A DNA stretch of 63,709 nucleotides, the filler included, from Atractiella rhizophila (Eukaryota): assembly GCA_021432655.1 (NCBI GenBank). It is 8 parts of 5 records of this genome, joined end to end, with 100 filler letters (N's around TTAATTAATTAA, not from the genome) between each part and the next. Parts side by side here need not be neighbours in the genome. Positions count along the whole stretch, not along the records: positions 1 to 20,535 come from MU271347.1; positions 20,636 to 26,944 come from MU271348.1; 6 more parts are not named here. One strand, written 5' to 3'. The notes under the pieces are model-generated. The model worked only from the letters and a program-made list of their open reading frames with translations, was not told where the DNA came from and did not search any database. The translations under genes were made by a program, and so were the position numbers. This document shows, one piece after another, positions 13,764 to 27,044 of the stretch (the first letter of the stretch is position 1; each line of letters starts with the position of its first letter).

Positions 13764-14226
13764 TAGTTGCTAACGCAGTGCAGGCAGACCGTTATCGTCA
13801 CGGGTTGTAAAGCATAATCCAGCCATTAGCGGCCTATTCGGAGGAACTGCCCTAGGCTAAGAACAAAGAAAGGAAGTAGGGAGCTGTCAAACTTTGATGC
13901 CCTTTGTTCTCCGTAGACTGCTCATTTGCCCTCCACATGCTTGGATAGGCAGAGCCATGATGGGCTGTGATACTTGGAGTCTGAAGGCAGAATCGCATGC
14001 AACTTTTCAAAGTAATATAAAGCGATGGCCCACTGATAAGCCGTGCAATTACGGATTGCGTGAGCGGTATGTCGATCGATCCAATGCTTCATAATGTATA
14101 GTTTGGAGAGACGAAAGATAGCGCTGAATGCCACTAGCTGATGAAAGGGACCAAATAATAATTTGAACGTGAGCGTCGGTGAGAAATATCGCCGACCTGG
14201 TGAGGTGTTGGACCATGATATCGGCT

Positions 14227-15430
14227 TTATTCCATGCAGGTTCGTCGTTTCCAACAGACGATTCTTCCATCTTCTCCTCCGGAATAACAAATGTCGTTCT
14301 ATTCTCATCTGTCATCATTGTTCTGCATTGCACTCCGAGAGAATCCGCACTTGTTCGTCGTATAAGACCGTGCGCACAATGTCCGTGTGTCCACTTCCAC
14401 TAGGTAGCGACCAAGTTTCATTTGTTTTCTTGGATATCCACGGCAGACGACGACTCTTCAAGTTACCTCTTCTCATCGACATTAGTCTCTGAAGGGAACT
14501 CAACCATGAAACCTACTGATTATCCCCAACCCACATTCTTCCTCGTTCCACCTCTAAAGAGACAACATAGTCGATTTCTCCTTCTTTCCTAACCTCTTTG
14601 AGTTCCTCTTTAACCACAAACCCTTCCTCCTCTCCATCGCCGAGGAACCTCCAACTCCCTACACTTTCAATGTCCGTCCGAACGGTTAGTGTTCCCTTCC
14701 CCTCGTCTTCATTTCCTTCCACATCCACTTTCCGCCTCTTGCTAGGTCGCTCTGAGCCCAGGGACGTGAGAACGACCTCTGCGACGGAGACGCCGACGTT
14801 AACCGTGTGGAGGACTGCATCTTCCTCGTCCATTATGGACGGATCAATGAAATTGACTATGCCATCCGTGCCTCCCGACAGCAGGTGCACCTTTTGTATG
14901 GAAGGTAGCGTGGCCCAAGCGAGGGACGTGAGATCACCAGAGTGGATTGAATATGAATGCGTTGGGACCGTAGCTTTACGTGCATCCCTAACTAGTTTCA
15001 ACAACTGCAAAGGGTTGACGACAGCTAAAGCGCACCAAACTTCTAAGACTCCTTCTTCTTCTCTGCCATTTGACCTCAGTGTTGTAGTTGTTCCTAGAAC
15101 TACCGTATTATCCCACTCGTGAGAAAGAGCCGTGTAGTCCTTTCCAGTTGTTCCGTGAAACTTGTGAGTGACCTTCCCGGATCGCCAATCGATCTTGTTA
15201 CATTCTTCTCTGCACAGAGCATATACACCTCCGGACGATGAAGCTCCTCCAAGTGCTATGCATCCTCCTTGGAGCGGAATGGACTTTTGGATCTTGTTCG
15301 ACTCGGTGGAAAAGACATGAATTCCGGAATCAGAGCCAAAAACTGGAGCTCCATCGACAGCAATGGAAGAGTGAATGTAAGCTCCCTCCTTGTCTGGTGT
15401 CAAGGTAGCACAGATAGACCATGGTGTCAT
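14227..15430 (-). CDS. WD40 repeat protein, WDR89-like
   Basis: HSGDLTSLAW...LLSGGTDGIVNFIDPSIMDEEDAVLHTVNVGVSV; GHTDIVRTVLYDEQ|NDICYSGGEDGRIVCW. Confidence 0.75.
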
Positions 15431-17939
15431 ACTCAACGTGAAATGACCCCGAATGAACTTGAACAAAGGGAAGCTTAGTTCCGGACGGATGTTTGGTGAT
15501 TATTTGCTTCCAAGAAATGAAGAAAACTGAATCCTGCCCTACTAACCTGCCTGCTAGAGCTCAATGTGCCTAACTTGAATAGGAATAGAAAAGACTAAGA
15601 GAGTTTTTATTTACTAAAGGCCTAGAAAATGTGAGTGGATTGGATTGTCCCTTGAGCAATGCAGACCACGTTTTCCCGTCTTTTGGAAACTATCTGGTCC
15701 TTTGGGGAGCTTTCCTCTTCCCATGATGCTTCTAACAATATTATACATTTGGTTGACTTTGAACAAGCGATTTTCCCACCATGAAAATGGTGCATATCGA
15801 AATCACTAGTTGGTACCGAAATCCCATCAATTGTCAATTATTTTAGAACCTGTGAAAAGTTGATAAGACTTTGAGCTGTATCACCTGGCACTCTGCCAAT
15901 GAATACCTTTTGATGGCGGCGTGATCTTCAATAAGTGCAGAGCATCTCATCGATTGTCTTACGTACCAGTTCTCATGCAGTACTCTGAGCCTTCTTAGCA
16001 TGACGATATCTCAAGCTGGATATGCAAAACAATTCGACCATATACTGGATTTTGGAAAGGACCGATCGAAGTTGTTGAAGGCCATCCACAATCCCCCCTG
16101 GACAGGATGAGTACCTTCATTAATGCTTCCACAATCGTGAGATTTGTCCGGATCAACAACCTTGGAGTAAGCACAGAGAAGACAAAGACAAACATGCAAT
16201 GCTGGACGCAGCGAGAAAGTGCGACTGCGTCAAAGCAAACAATCTTAGCTCTAGCATTCAAAGGTGACTGGGAAGCTGACGGTTACCGCTTCAGTCCAAC
16301 TGAACTCATGGCTGGGATGCCGCTGAGTATGTGTTAGAACAGCCGCGAAAGGACATCATGCAGCAACTTGCTCGCCATCGTCGAGAGGTCAGAATCAACT
16401 TCGCAGCGATTACATTGAACGACCGGATCATCAACTATCTTCATATCCTTTATGCAACCACAGGTCGTTTTGAGGGCCCTTTGAACAGAGACAGAGCTCA
16501 TAGCTCATGCAATCATGAGCGACCTCTGCTACGTAAAGTCGGCGTCTGCTTTGTAAACAACTGGCTCGTCAGGGCATATTTCTGTCTTTGAGACAGAAAA
16601 GAGACGTCACACTTAATTCGCACGCGTCTGTTTTCCCTCACTGCCATCTCAATCTGCCTAAAATTCTCCTTGACATGGTAAATCACTGGGGATTTGTTTG
16701 CTCCCAAGGTCAGCACAGAGCTCATTTCCCTGCGTACAAGATAATCGATTGAAGCGGGTACTATCCCGAATGGAGGGAATACGCCCAGCAGTCGTAACTG
16801 GGGATGGACGCCTCGTTAAGAATGGACAGGGCAAGGACGCCAAAACCGAACAACAACATTTGAATGAAATTTCGCTGACTCGGGACTCCACAGTAGAGTT
16901 TTCTTTAGAAAGCATGAAAGCATGAAAATTGAAAGTAAATACTTGCGATGAACTAAAGGAAAACATCGGACACCCAGGTTGCCTGCACTAAAAACACACA
17001 GCTTACATGTACGTAATCTCGAGACCCTTTTTCCTACTTTTGCTTTTGCGCTACATCCTTCCTCAGTCACACATCTCACGCTCGCTTTATTATAAATCGC
17101 GTTCTTTCGAGGGTATCCTCGTCTGTCGCACTTGTTGGCTGTGGTCCACCACAACAAGACGCACGCGGTCGGAGAAGTGACGCTAGGTCGTTTCGCGTCC
17201 AAGCCTGTTCTCAGCATAAAAGGCTTGGCCTTCGTCTGCAGTTTCCCTTTTCACTCCTTTCCGCTCTTTTCAGTGCCCTTGCCCCTCCAGCTGCCTCCAG
17301 ATCCAGCAGGGCGAGGAAAATTCATCGGGATTGTTGTCGCTGTTGCAAACGACTGGTTGCTTGGATCTGCGAAACGAGGGAACGACTAACAATAGGTGAG
17401 TCGGTGTCAGTACTGGTTGCAAAATGGGAGGAAGTCAGTGTGGTTGATGCCAAACCATCAAAGTGTGCGTGGAGGGAGACTTCAAGGCTGTGTGCAGCTT
17501 GCTCACAGCTGATTTGGACGATGCGCTGTTCTCAGCTGTTTGCGCCAGAGGTTCTTGATAAATGTAGCCTGGAGCGCTTCAGCAAGTTGGGCATTTGAGC
17601 AGAATATGAAACTGCTGCATTGGAGCTGTGTTTTTGTATCTGGGAAGTGGATACTGCTTGAGCGGTTTCGTATGAGATGTGACGAAGAGTACTCAGGATC
17701 CTTAGGTGAACGCGGTTACTGAGCGTTCAAAAGGGGATGTACTTCTTGTTCCTTTCGTTCTGTTACTGTTATCTCATGACAGGCAATGCAAGCATGCATT
17801 AGTACCAGCACCATCCGGAGACCTCGGAGTCGTGAAAATGAAGTTTTCAGACCCATAACGGACCCTCCCTTTCTCTCCTCAAACTGTTGCTAAAGTTCTT
17901 TAATTGCCAGGTAGTTAAAACTTGAAAATCAAAGTCGAT

Positions 17940-20535
17940 ATGTCATCTCCAAAGGAGGAGCCCACTGCACCGAATCCAAATGACCCGTCTCATCCTATCC
18001 ATCCTCACTATCCCCGTCCCGCGGAAGATCACAATCCTGAATACAGGCATCAAGATCTGCTGAACCCGGAGGATAGGACACCTTTTACTTTTGAGGAGTT
18101 TGTTTATTATCTATTACAATACGAATAAGTTTAAAGTGGCTACGGTGACTAGGGACGAAACGGAAAACGTTCCAAATCCCAACGCTCCTTCTCAACCCCT
18201 CCACTTCGATCGATTCGGACACCATGGTCACATCACTTCTCCCGACCAGCACTTCGCTCCTGCTCTGCTCGGAATACCAAATCCGTTAGGGGACGAAGGG
18301 ACGAAGATGCTGTCTGGCTCTCGAGAGAATGTGACAACTGAGCCAGAGTCGCTGGCGATAGGGGAGAAGGATAGCCAAAGAGTACAAGAGGAAGCTTCTG
18401 GATCTGGATCTGGATCCGGAGAAGGTAGTGGGAAGGGGAAGCATTCGCGCAAGCCCACAGGTCAAAGCATCACTTTCGATATGTCTACAACTCCTCCCCT
18501 AGACGCCCCTAAACGCCCAGGACATAGCAAGCACGGTTCCAGCGCCGGTGGATCAAAGTCAGGTAGCATGTCGCATTTCGATCTTGCGCACCGAAGACCC
18601 TCTAGACCGACGAGGACGAACACGTCTAGCTCTTCAGAGAGTTCAGTCAGTTCGGTGACGGATGCTGGTCATATCATCACGCATGAAATGCCGCTCAAGT
18701 GGGCTCATCTTTGGAAGAAGCCAGTCGTCAGACAATGGCTTTATCAAGGGAAGTTGTATTACGAACCAACGGATAGAGGAATGAGCAAGTTCGAACTGTT
18801 CTTCGATCTGGTAAGTGCATCGTTCTATCCATTTTGTGGTGTCTATTGTTAAGTACGGACGGACATTGACGATGTTGGGATGAAGGCTTTTGTTGGCGTT
18901 ATTCACCAGCTCGCAGAAGCTGCCGCTGAATCTGCAACTGGATTGAACGTCGCGAAGTTCTTGCTTGTCTTTTACCCAGCCTGGAGCGTGTGGAGTGACG
19001 CAAGAAATGTAAGTTCCTCCCCTGCGTTGCCTCCATCCGCTTCCCTCGATATTGATGCTGGAATGGACAGTTCATCAACATCTCGGGAACAGACGACGTG
19101 GTCCAGCGCGCTTACATCCTCGCGATCATGATCCTGCTCATTGGGTATTCGTCTAACGCGTCTGGTATCCGTTTTGTCGAAGCTGAGGAAGCAGAGGGAA
19201 CCGCGACGACAACTGAAGCGGGAGGAGGAGCCGTGGAAGGGGCAGTCGAGGCAGTTGGACACTTTGTCTCCTATCTCTTCAGACGACAGGAAGAAGGTGG
19301 TACGGAAAGTCAGCCAACAGGTGAGACAGGAGGAGGAACTGCTGCTGAAGGCGAGGCCCATGTCAGCCCTTATACACTCACAGAAGACTCTCACTTTGCC
19401 ATCGCTGCCACTGCTGGTTATCTCATTGCTGCCAAGTTCATCAGGCTTGGATTCTATCTGTACTACTCTTGGGCTCTTCCTAATTTCAGGTTTGCTTCTA
19501 TCTTCCTACATTGATGAGAGGTTGACGGGAATGTCGGCACCAGGTACATCCACCTGTTCAATGGTCTCACCCTCTTTCTGGTTACATCGCTCTACATCCC
19601 TCTCGTCGTCCATGGGCTCCCAACCGGTTGGGTGATCGGTCTAACCAGCGCAGCCATCATTTCCGAACTGAGTCTACGTTACGTGGTTGGGATCGGCATG
19701 GAGAAGATTCGTAAGGGATGGACAAAAGGCCACGAGGAGTGGCTGAATGGTTCGTCATTCTGTGTTTTCATGATGTGAATGATATTAAAAATTGGCTCTC
19801 AGAGAAAGACTTGGGAGAAAAAGGAGGGAAACGACGCGTTTTCCATAACACCAGGGGACGGACGGCGGATTGGTTCGAGGTCTGTTTCCGTGTTTCGTTC
19901 TTCGGGCAAGGCCCTGATGGTGTCGCTAGTTCTACCCCGCTCTCAATTTGGCCCATTTTATTGAGGTAAGCCTTCTGCTATTGGCTTAGAAGCAGATGTT
20001 CATTTGGGAACAGCGAATGGCTGCCTTCGTCGTCTTGGTTCTTGGCGAGACAATCATCAACATCACTTATGTCAGTCTTGCTGTGATCCTCTGACGTCCA
20101 ACTGAAATATTACTCTCTAGATTGCCTCAGCTAATCAAATCGGACCCCATTCAGAATTTCAACGTAGCGCTTGTGGTCTCATTTTGGCGTTTATGTTGGC
20201 TTGGTTGTATTTTGGTAAGCTCTCTCTCACTCAGCTGTCCAGATTTTGACGGATCGTGACAAAGATGCTGACTCTTCTCGCGTCTTCATTCACGCCCTCC
20301 GCCGCAACGTCTTCACGTCTATCAGCTACGGTCACCTACACTTCCCCTTCTGTGCCGCTCTCATCCTCATCTCAGCAGCCATGGTACGGCTTGTGCAATC
20401 GACAGAAGCACCGGATGGGATTCGTTGGTATTTTGGAGGCGGTGTGGCCACTGCTTTGACTTTAATAGCTCTCATGGGATGGCTACACCGTGACTTGGAT
20501 AAACACGGCAGTTCTCTCGTTCCGCGAAATATACG
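17940..20535 (+). CDS. Low temperature requirement A (LtrA)-domain membrane protein, 3' end in gap
   Basis: SKFELFFDL; FVGVIHQLAEAAAE; KFLLVFYPAWSVWSD; FINISGTDDVVQR; HFIE|RMAAFVVLVLGETI; HALRRNVFTSISYGHLHFP. Confidence 0.85.
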
Positions 20536-20635
20536 NNNNNNNNNNNNNNNNNNNNNNNNNNNNNNNNNNNNNNNNNNNNTTAATTAATTAANNNNNNNNN
20601 NNNNNNNNNNNNNNNNNNNNNNNNNNNNNNNNNNN

Positions 20636-23241
20636 CTTCCCCTTCTGTCCACCTTTCCCTCCCTCAACCAATCGAGAAATCTCAAGTCCCTCAAACTGAC
20701 CGAAGTTGCCATCGTCTTCCCGCCGCCTGAATCAGACTTCCACTTCGATGCCGCAGACTGGAAGTTCCAGTTGGAGAAACTAGACTGGACACACCCGCGA
20801 GATAAGTTCACACCAAGCGACGTCTTTCTCAGTCTCCAAATCCTTCATCCAGACCCCTGCTCTCCCTCCATTCGAGCCTTCCGCCTCTCTTATTTATCGT
20901 TTGGTGATCCAACACACAATAACCTCTTCCTCTCCCGCCTCCTCTACTCCCCCACTTCCACCTCGAATCCAAGCTCGCCGACCATCGACGTCTTCGAAAA
21001 CCACTCGCTCCAAACCATCCAAACTCGGTATCCCCACCACCTCTTAATTTCCACTCCCACGTACGAACTGCAAGACCGCACCATGTACCTTGATAACGGC
21101 CATCCGGACTCTCTCTGTCTCTTCCTCCAACCCCTGATCCATTCTATTCAACAAAACACTTTGCCCTCCCTCACCATTGTCAAGATTGGATGGGTGATAG
21201 ATCCTGATGATCCTTATCAGGTTTGGCGCGGTCCTATGGTGTTATCCCCCGCAGATTACGAGGTTTTGCAGCAAGCGAAAGAGGTGGCGAGCGAAAAGAA
21301 CATATTGTTTGAATGTGGGGATATCGTCATGACAGTGCCGGAAGCTTCTTCAGACCTTGGTGTCGGGGCGGATGCGAATGTGAACGCAGACGCTGCTCTT
21401 GATGATGACGAGGACGATGAAAGCAGCGATGGTACAGGCGTAGAGGTTAACGACGAGGAAGAAGATGAATGGAGCGATGGGGGAGAGGAAGAAGGCAGTG
21501 ATTATGTGCCATCAGAGGGGCCATCTGACCTCTCTTACGAGACACCAGATGAGGACTGCAGCGACGGCTTAGAAGAGTCAGATCACCCCGGCTCAGAGGA
21601 CTCACTCAAAGCCAGCGTTCAGTCCCCGGCGCCTTCATACAATCTCCTCTTCCTAGGCACAGCGGCTTCAGAGTGCATACCAACCATATCTTGCGTCACC
21701 TCCTCCAACCCTTGTCTTTGCTGCTGCCTCGCCCACCCTGCCACCAAAGCCAAATTCAAGCCCAAATCCAAATCCAAAGCCAAGTCAAAACCAAAGTCGG
21801 CAGCCAAATCTAAATCCAAATTCAAAGCCAAATCAGCATCCGCATCCAAATGCAAGCCTGACGACCTTAAGCAAGCCCTTCCCAATCCCAACAAACGCCT
21901 GAACACCTCCGCACTCATCACCTTACCCAGCGGAAAAACGCTTCTCATCGATTGTGGCAAAAGCTTCAGGGAAAGCGCACTTGAGTTCTTCCCAAGGAAT
22001 GGGAATAAGGTCATCGATGCAGTGCTGCTCACTCATGAGGTTCGCTTTTACCTAGCTAAGTTCCTATGGCCATGATTTCCATCAAAGATGGCGTCATGAT
22101 TGCCACTGATACCATCAACTTCAATGACTGTCAAGAGTAACATATAGTAGATGATGCAGATAAGGAGATTGACGGGAAGTCTGGCGGGGAACAGCACGCT
22201 GATGCCGCCTATGGGCTGGATGACCTTTGTGCGTGGACGTTAGGAGGAGCAATCCAACCCTCATTGGACGTCTACTGCGATCAAAAGACGTACGATGTGC
22301 TCTCCCGAGTCTTCCCCTACACCATCGACCGATCCGCTTTGACAGGGGGAGGAGATGTCCGCCAATTGTCCTGGCACGTCTTCGAGGACGATCAGCCCCT
22401 GCGTTTATTTGGCAGCACAATCATACCCCTCAGAGTGGAGCATGGAGTCTCAGCATCGCAGTCTACCCCTTCCTCTGCCCCTGCCGTCAACTCCATCCCT
22501 GGCCGTAACCCATACTCGAATTCGAACGAACTCAGCATACCCGGAGAGAACACGAAGGAGGAGAAGGCAAAAGCGCCGTATTACTGTCTCGGCTACCTGA
22601 TCGACGATTCAATCGCTTACCTTTCTGATGTTTCGCAGATCCCTCCTCCGGTCTGGAGAGTACTCCATTCCTCATATATGCTCACAGGTCGCCACTTGGA
22701 TGTCCTCGTCATCGACTGCTTGCGTCTCTTACCTCACACCTCACACTACGGGCTTCCCCAAGCCCTCTTGACCTCGTCGCTCCTCCGTCCAACTCGCACC
22801 TACCTCACGGGGTTCGCACATCGCACCACCCATTCTCAGTGGATAAGCGTAGGGAGGAGTTGGAGCGAATCCGGATGGAGCATCCGTGGAGTAAAGAACA
22901 TCCAAAGGCTGGAAGAGATGGATGTGCTTCAAATTCCTCCCCAGGATGTCGATCCCTACGTTTTCAACGAGACATCCCAAATCATCGAGAATGCGGCAAG
23001 TGGAGATGATTTTGCATTCGTGCGGTTAGCGAGGGAGATGACGGAGAGCATAGCCCTCAAGGAAATCCTTGGGGACGTTGCATGTGAAGTACAGGGAAAG
23101 GCGATGTTACGCCAGGCGTCTGCTACAACATGGGTTCGACCTGCCTATGATGGCCTTAACGTTTTCATCGGAGTTGGTGAGCAGGGTAAAAGAGTTTGGG
23201 ACGACTCTCCGGAAGAGGACAGAGTTGATGATGACAACTAG
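20636..23241 (+). CDS. Metallo-beta-lactamase-fold hydrolase (PhnP-like) with a long N-terminal LRR-like and acidic extension; 5' end in gap
   Basis: LLFLGTAASECIP; NKRLNTSALI; LLIDCGKSF; IDAVLLTHE|HADAAYGLDDL; GGGDV; LRVEHG; AYLSDVSQIP; VIDCL...HTSHYG; RPAYDGL. Intron at ~22040-22194. Confidence 0.8.
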
Positions 23242-24840
23242 TGACCTTTACTTCGAATTCCTTTTCAAGTTGGCCATTGACGAAGGGCAAAGGAACAACG
23301 TACACCGACAGCGTTACCATAAAATACAATCAGCTACTGCGCTTTGAGTGGGCTGAGAACGCAACCACACCATGCACTCACTCCAGCTCAAATCTTTGGA
23401 AGCAATCTTCAACTTTTCCAGCATCCGTTTCTGCCCCCTCCTTTCTATTAGCACCGCGATAAAACACACCTCTGACGGCAACATCAAAGAACTGCAATCT
23501 GCTATTCCCAACTTTCCTTCTACCATATCCACAAGCGAATCCATCCAGCTTGCGGATGAACCAGATCGAGAGAACTTGGGAAGTTCAACGCGTTCAATAT
23601 GTTCAATGCGGTCCAACCTCCAGCGGCATTTTCTCCAGAGCGGGGTACTGAGTATTGAACGTTGCCTCAAGTTGGAGGGGAAGCGCTCATGTGAACAGCA
23701 AGCTCTCCCTTGCTATCCACTTGAACTGCCACCCATTCACCCAACATCCGCCTACTTGGGGTTGATCAAGCCATTTTGAAGCAAAGCTGTCAACTGGCAA
23801 TGGTGGGTGAACCTTTCGTTTGTGGGTGTAATCCCGAACATCGTCGTGTATCTGTCGTTCGCATGGTTCTACCAGTGCAGGACCTCTTCATCGAACGATC
23901 TGAATTTTAGCTTTTACTACCTCTTGCAGCGCTTTAGTGCTCTATGTGCCAGGCATGCTCAGCGCATGAGACAACCGTTTGGATTCTTGCTCAACCCACG
24001 CCTCTCTCCAACGAGACAAGAACACAAACACAGACAGAGCATGCTTTCTTCAGTAATGTGCCTGGAATGCTGCAGACTTTCGCTTCTACGTGACTCTGGA
24101 TGAATAACGTGCAGGCTCTGGCTTCGGCTTTGACCAGTCAGAAAATCACTTTAGACTTTAGCTATCCTGAATCTCAACGCCCCCACTATTTTTTTCATTA
24201 TATGTGCATGGTGTTGAAGCACTGTTAAGTAAATCTTCCTCGGTTTTATCACATGAACAGGCATTCGAGGAGGCAAAAACTACTTCATCGAGATGTCCCC
24301 GTCGAAAACGTCCTATCGCTAAGATCGGAGAATGGCGAGGGGCGAGGGATATTGGAATCCAAGGGTTGCTGACAGTTGGATCGGTTTAAGGTGCGCTGGA
24401 ACGACGGGGATGTACCTACATGTCAAGAGATGTTCGCTCATCTACTTATCGGTTAAGACGGGATGCATGCCAGAAGCGCCATATCTGGATGCTCACGGCG
24501 AGGCGGATTGTGGATTGCGGTTCGCGAGGAATACTTGCAGACTAAGAACTCGCTAAGAACCTTGATGATTCGTCTGCACTTGAGCCAGAACAAATCGTTG
24601 GTGTATCCACATCCACAAACACATTTTAACAAGGAACTTATCAGTACCTTTCTCTTCGACTGGTAGGAGAACCTCGAAACCAGCGTCTTGTCTGACGACC
24701 TCAAGTCTTTCCTTTACGCCCTCTTTTCGGTGAGTTTGAGTTGTGGCCTCTGTCAACCTACCCCCTTAACTGTATCGACCTCAAAGAGCTGCCGAAGATG
24801 TCTACGCTTCAAGGCTTGGCTTTGTTGGAACGAGCCGGAT

Positions 24841-24949
24841 CTGGATCCACAGCGTACACGAAGATGGTGGTCAAAACGCTGTCTACAATGCAAAGAACAC
24901 TACGTACCTGGATCCACAGCGTACACGAAGATGGTGGTCAAAACGCTGT
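24841..24949. repeat. 42-bp perfect direct repeat (24841-24882, 24908-24949)
   Basis: ctggatccacagcgtacacgaagatggtggtcaaaacgctgt occurs twice, 25 bp apart. Confidence 0.9.
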
Positions 24950-24999
24950 GGATCCAGAAGGCAAGACCCTAACCCTAACCGCAACTTGTAGAAGCACCG

Positions 25000-26750
25000 A
25001 AAGCATGCTGAGTGCCTAATGAAGCGCTCTACGTCTTATGTGAAGTGCAAAGTGGGAATAAGTAACCTCCTCCTTCGCTAATCCCCGTGGGTATAATGCT
25101 TTACCCTTCATATACGCCGACGGCGAGTGACCTTACCATTGAATCTACTTGGAAGGAAGGCTGTCCGTGAACGTCCCGGACTACGACTGTTCACCACCCA
25201 CCGATAGAACCGTCTTAAGCGCCGTGAAGTCCGGTACCCCTGAACCCTCCTCTCTGATCAGCTGGAAGGCGTTCCTTTTTCTCGGTATCCGAGCTTCACC
25301 CAAAACGACTAGTTCTCCCTAAATCTACCCTTGCAGGAGTTCATGTTCCGCGCGAATCATCGGTCTCCCCTAGCAGTTTATCTTCCCCAACTAAAACCGC
25401 TCTGAATACGCGGATGCCATGCCTACCACAGGCACTCCAGGCGAGATAGGGAGCGACGGTGTTTATTCACCATGCCGCCGGTCAAGCTGCACAGGTTGCG
25501 AAAAGAGTTACCGTGTAACCTTCTCCTTCATATAGAGTTTGTCGGAGTTCCCAAACAACTGGTCTCAGTTGGACTTTTTCCACAAATCCGAAGCTTTCTG
25601 CGACATGCCGGAGGCTGTTCGACCCTTCCCAACCTTGCTATGCAATGTGTTGAAAGAGAGTGTTGTACCGATAAACGCGTGCTTACGACTGTCCCCTCAA
25701 ATGTAGTTCTCCTCCCCTCGTCTATGTTGCTAGTAGACGGAGGTACAGCTGCTACCTGAACACCAACGAAGTAGAGTTGTAGAGTAGCTGCTCGATATAC
25801 GAGACAAATGCCTGAGTCAAGTTCTATTGGTGCCGTCTTCAACCTTTAAAGGAATCCCTACGCATAATTGACCCTATCCTCAAGACCCGCATAGTGAAAC
25901 CTAGTCGCCCTGATGCAGGCTTTTACAAACCTTGCAAAACCATACAGCCTACGCTTGAGTCACTTGTGAGGGACGCTGTATTTGCTCTTTCAAAGCTTTC
26001 GGACCCGCGGGGTTTGCCTTCTCCTTGCACTCATGTACTTCTCTTATGGAATGTCTCTCCGCTATCCACGAGATTATATGCGACGACACTTGTGCGCGGG
26101 GCTATAGAATAAGCGCCAGTTGTCCCGCCGGTCTATGTCACGACTAGGACCGTCCTCCGTAACCCGCTCGCAAGTCTCCTAAAAATCTATAGAATAACCG
26201 TGAGAACTGAAATTTGAGTGTACCCTACTGTGTCCAAGGTGGTTCCATCTTCCTAAAAGCCTAAGACTGGTACGTCGCCTACATCTATGTGCAGCGAGTC
26301 AGAGACCGCATCATAAAGCTGATCCCGTCTAGCCGCCAGAGAACCTATAGTTTCTACGTCGGGTGGCATCGGTAGAGAAGCTGCCTCCGTCTTATGTAGC
26401 GCGAGAGTTCACGTCGATCCCTCCGCTACACCAACTCCCCTGATAACAGCCTTGACCCAAAAGGAGTTGTCCCTGGCTGCTGCTATTTTCCCCTATTAGT
26501 CCCACGTGAATGAAATCGCTTCGTAGGACGTTTGGTACCGGCGTGCTTTGTACAACTCCACGTGATAGTAAAATGTTCTCTCTCTCAGCTTAGCCCACTC
26601 TATTATGATTGTACCTATGGCTGCCATGTTTACCGTCGTCTGCAAGAGTGCTTCCCATATCCATCACAGGTCGTGACCTTCGATACGAGCTACGAACCAA
26701 ACGACCTCTTAATCCCCCTCCGGAAGTAGAACCCCAATGACTAAAGCCAT
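25000..26750 (-). pseudogene. Degenerate TpA-rich coding relic, probably transposon-derived
   Basis: One minus-strand frame reads protein-like (SGMSQKASDLWKKSN*DQLFGNSDKLYMKEKVTR*LFSQ...) but is broken by many TAG/TAA/TGA codons. It adjoins the copia element. Confidence 0.35.
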
Positions 26751-27044
26751 AACCATAAGCTGTTAGAAAGGGATAAACAAGAAAATAGACACAACTAAAG
26801 AAAACTAGTTATAAACGATATTAAAGCGTGAGAGGAAGAGAAAAGAGAACCAAGGCGAGTAGGAAGAGAGAAGGAAAGAGAGAAGCCAAGAGAAAGGAAG
26901 AAAGGAGCCGACGACTCACTCCCCCCCACACTCTCTATACCGAGNNNNNNNNNNNNNNNNNNNNNNNNNNNNNNNNNNNNNNNNNNNNTTAATTAATTAA
27001 NNNNNNNNNNNNNNNNNNNNNNNNNNNNNNNNNNNNNNNNNNNN

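Noticed and set aside
15600..16925. Short plus-strand ORF pieces with possible splice sites
   Set aside because: I could not assemble a coherent gene or recognise a domain.
20580..20591. Palindromic TTAATTAATTAA recurring seven times (also at 26989, 39505, 41731, 44527, 47701, 49511)
   Set aside because: Always embedded in the centre of N runs. It is an artificial all-frame-stop scaffold spacer, not biological.
23300..24800. Scattered ORFs downstream of the MBL hydrolase
   Set aside because: No recognisable motif or consistent exon chain; possibly a decayed gene.
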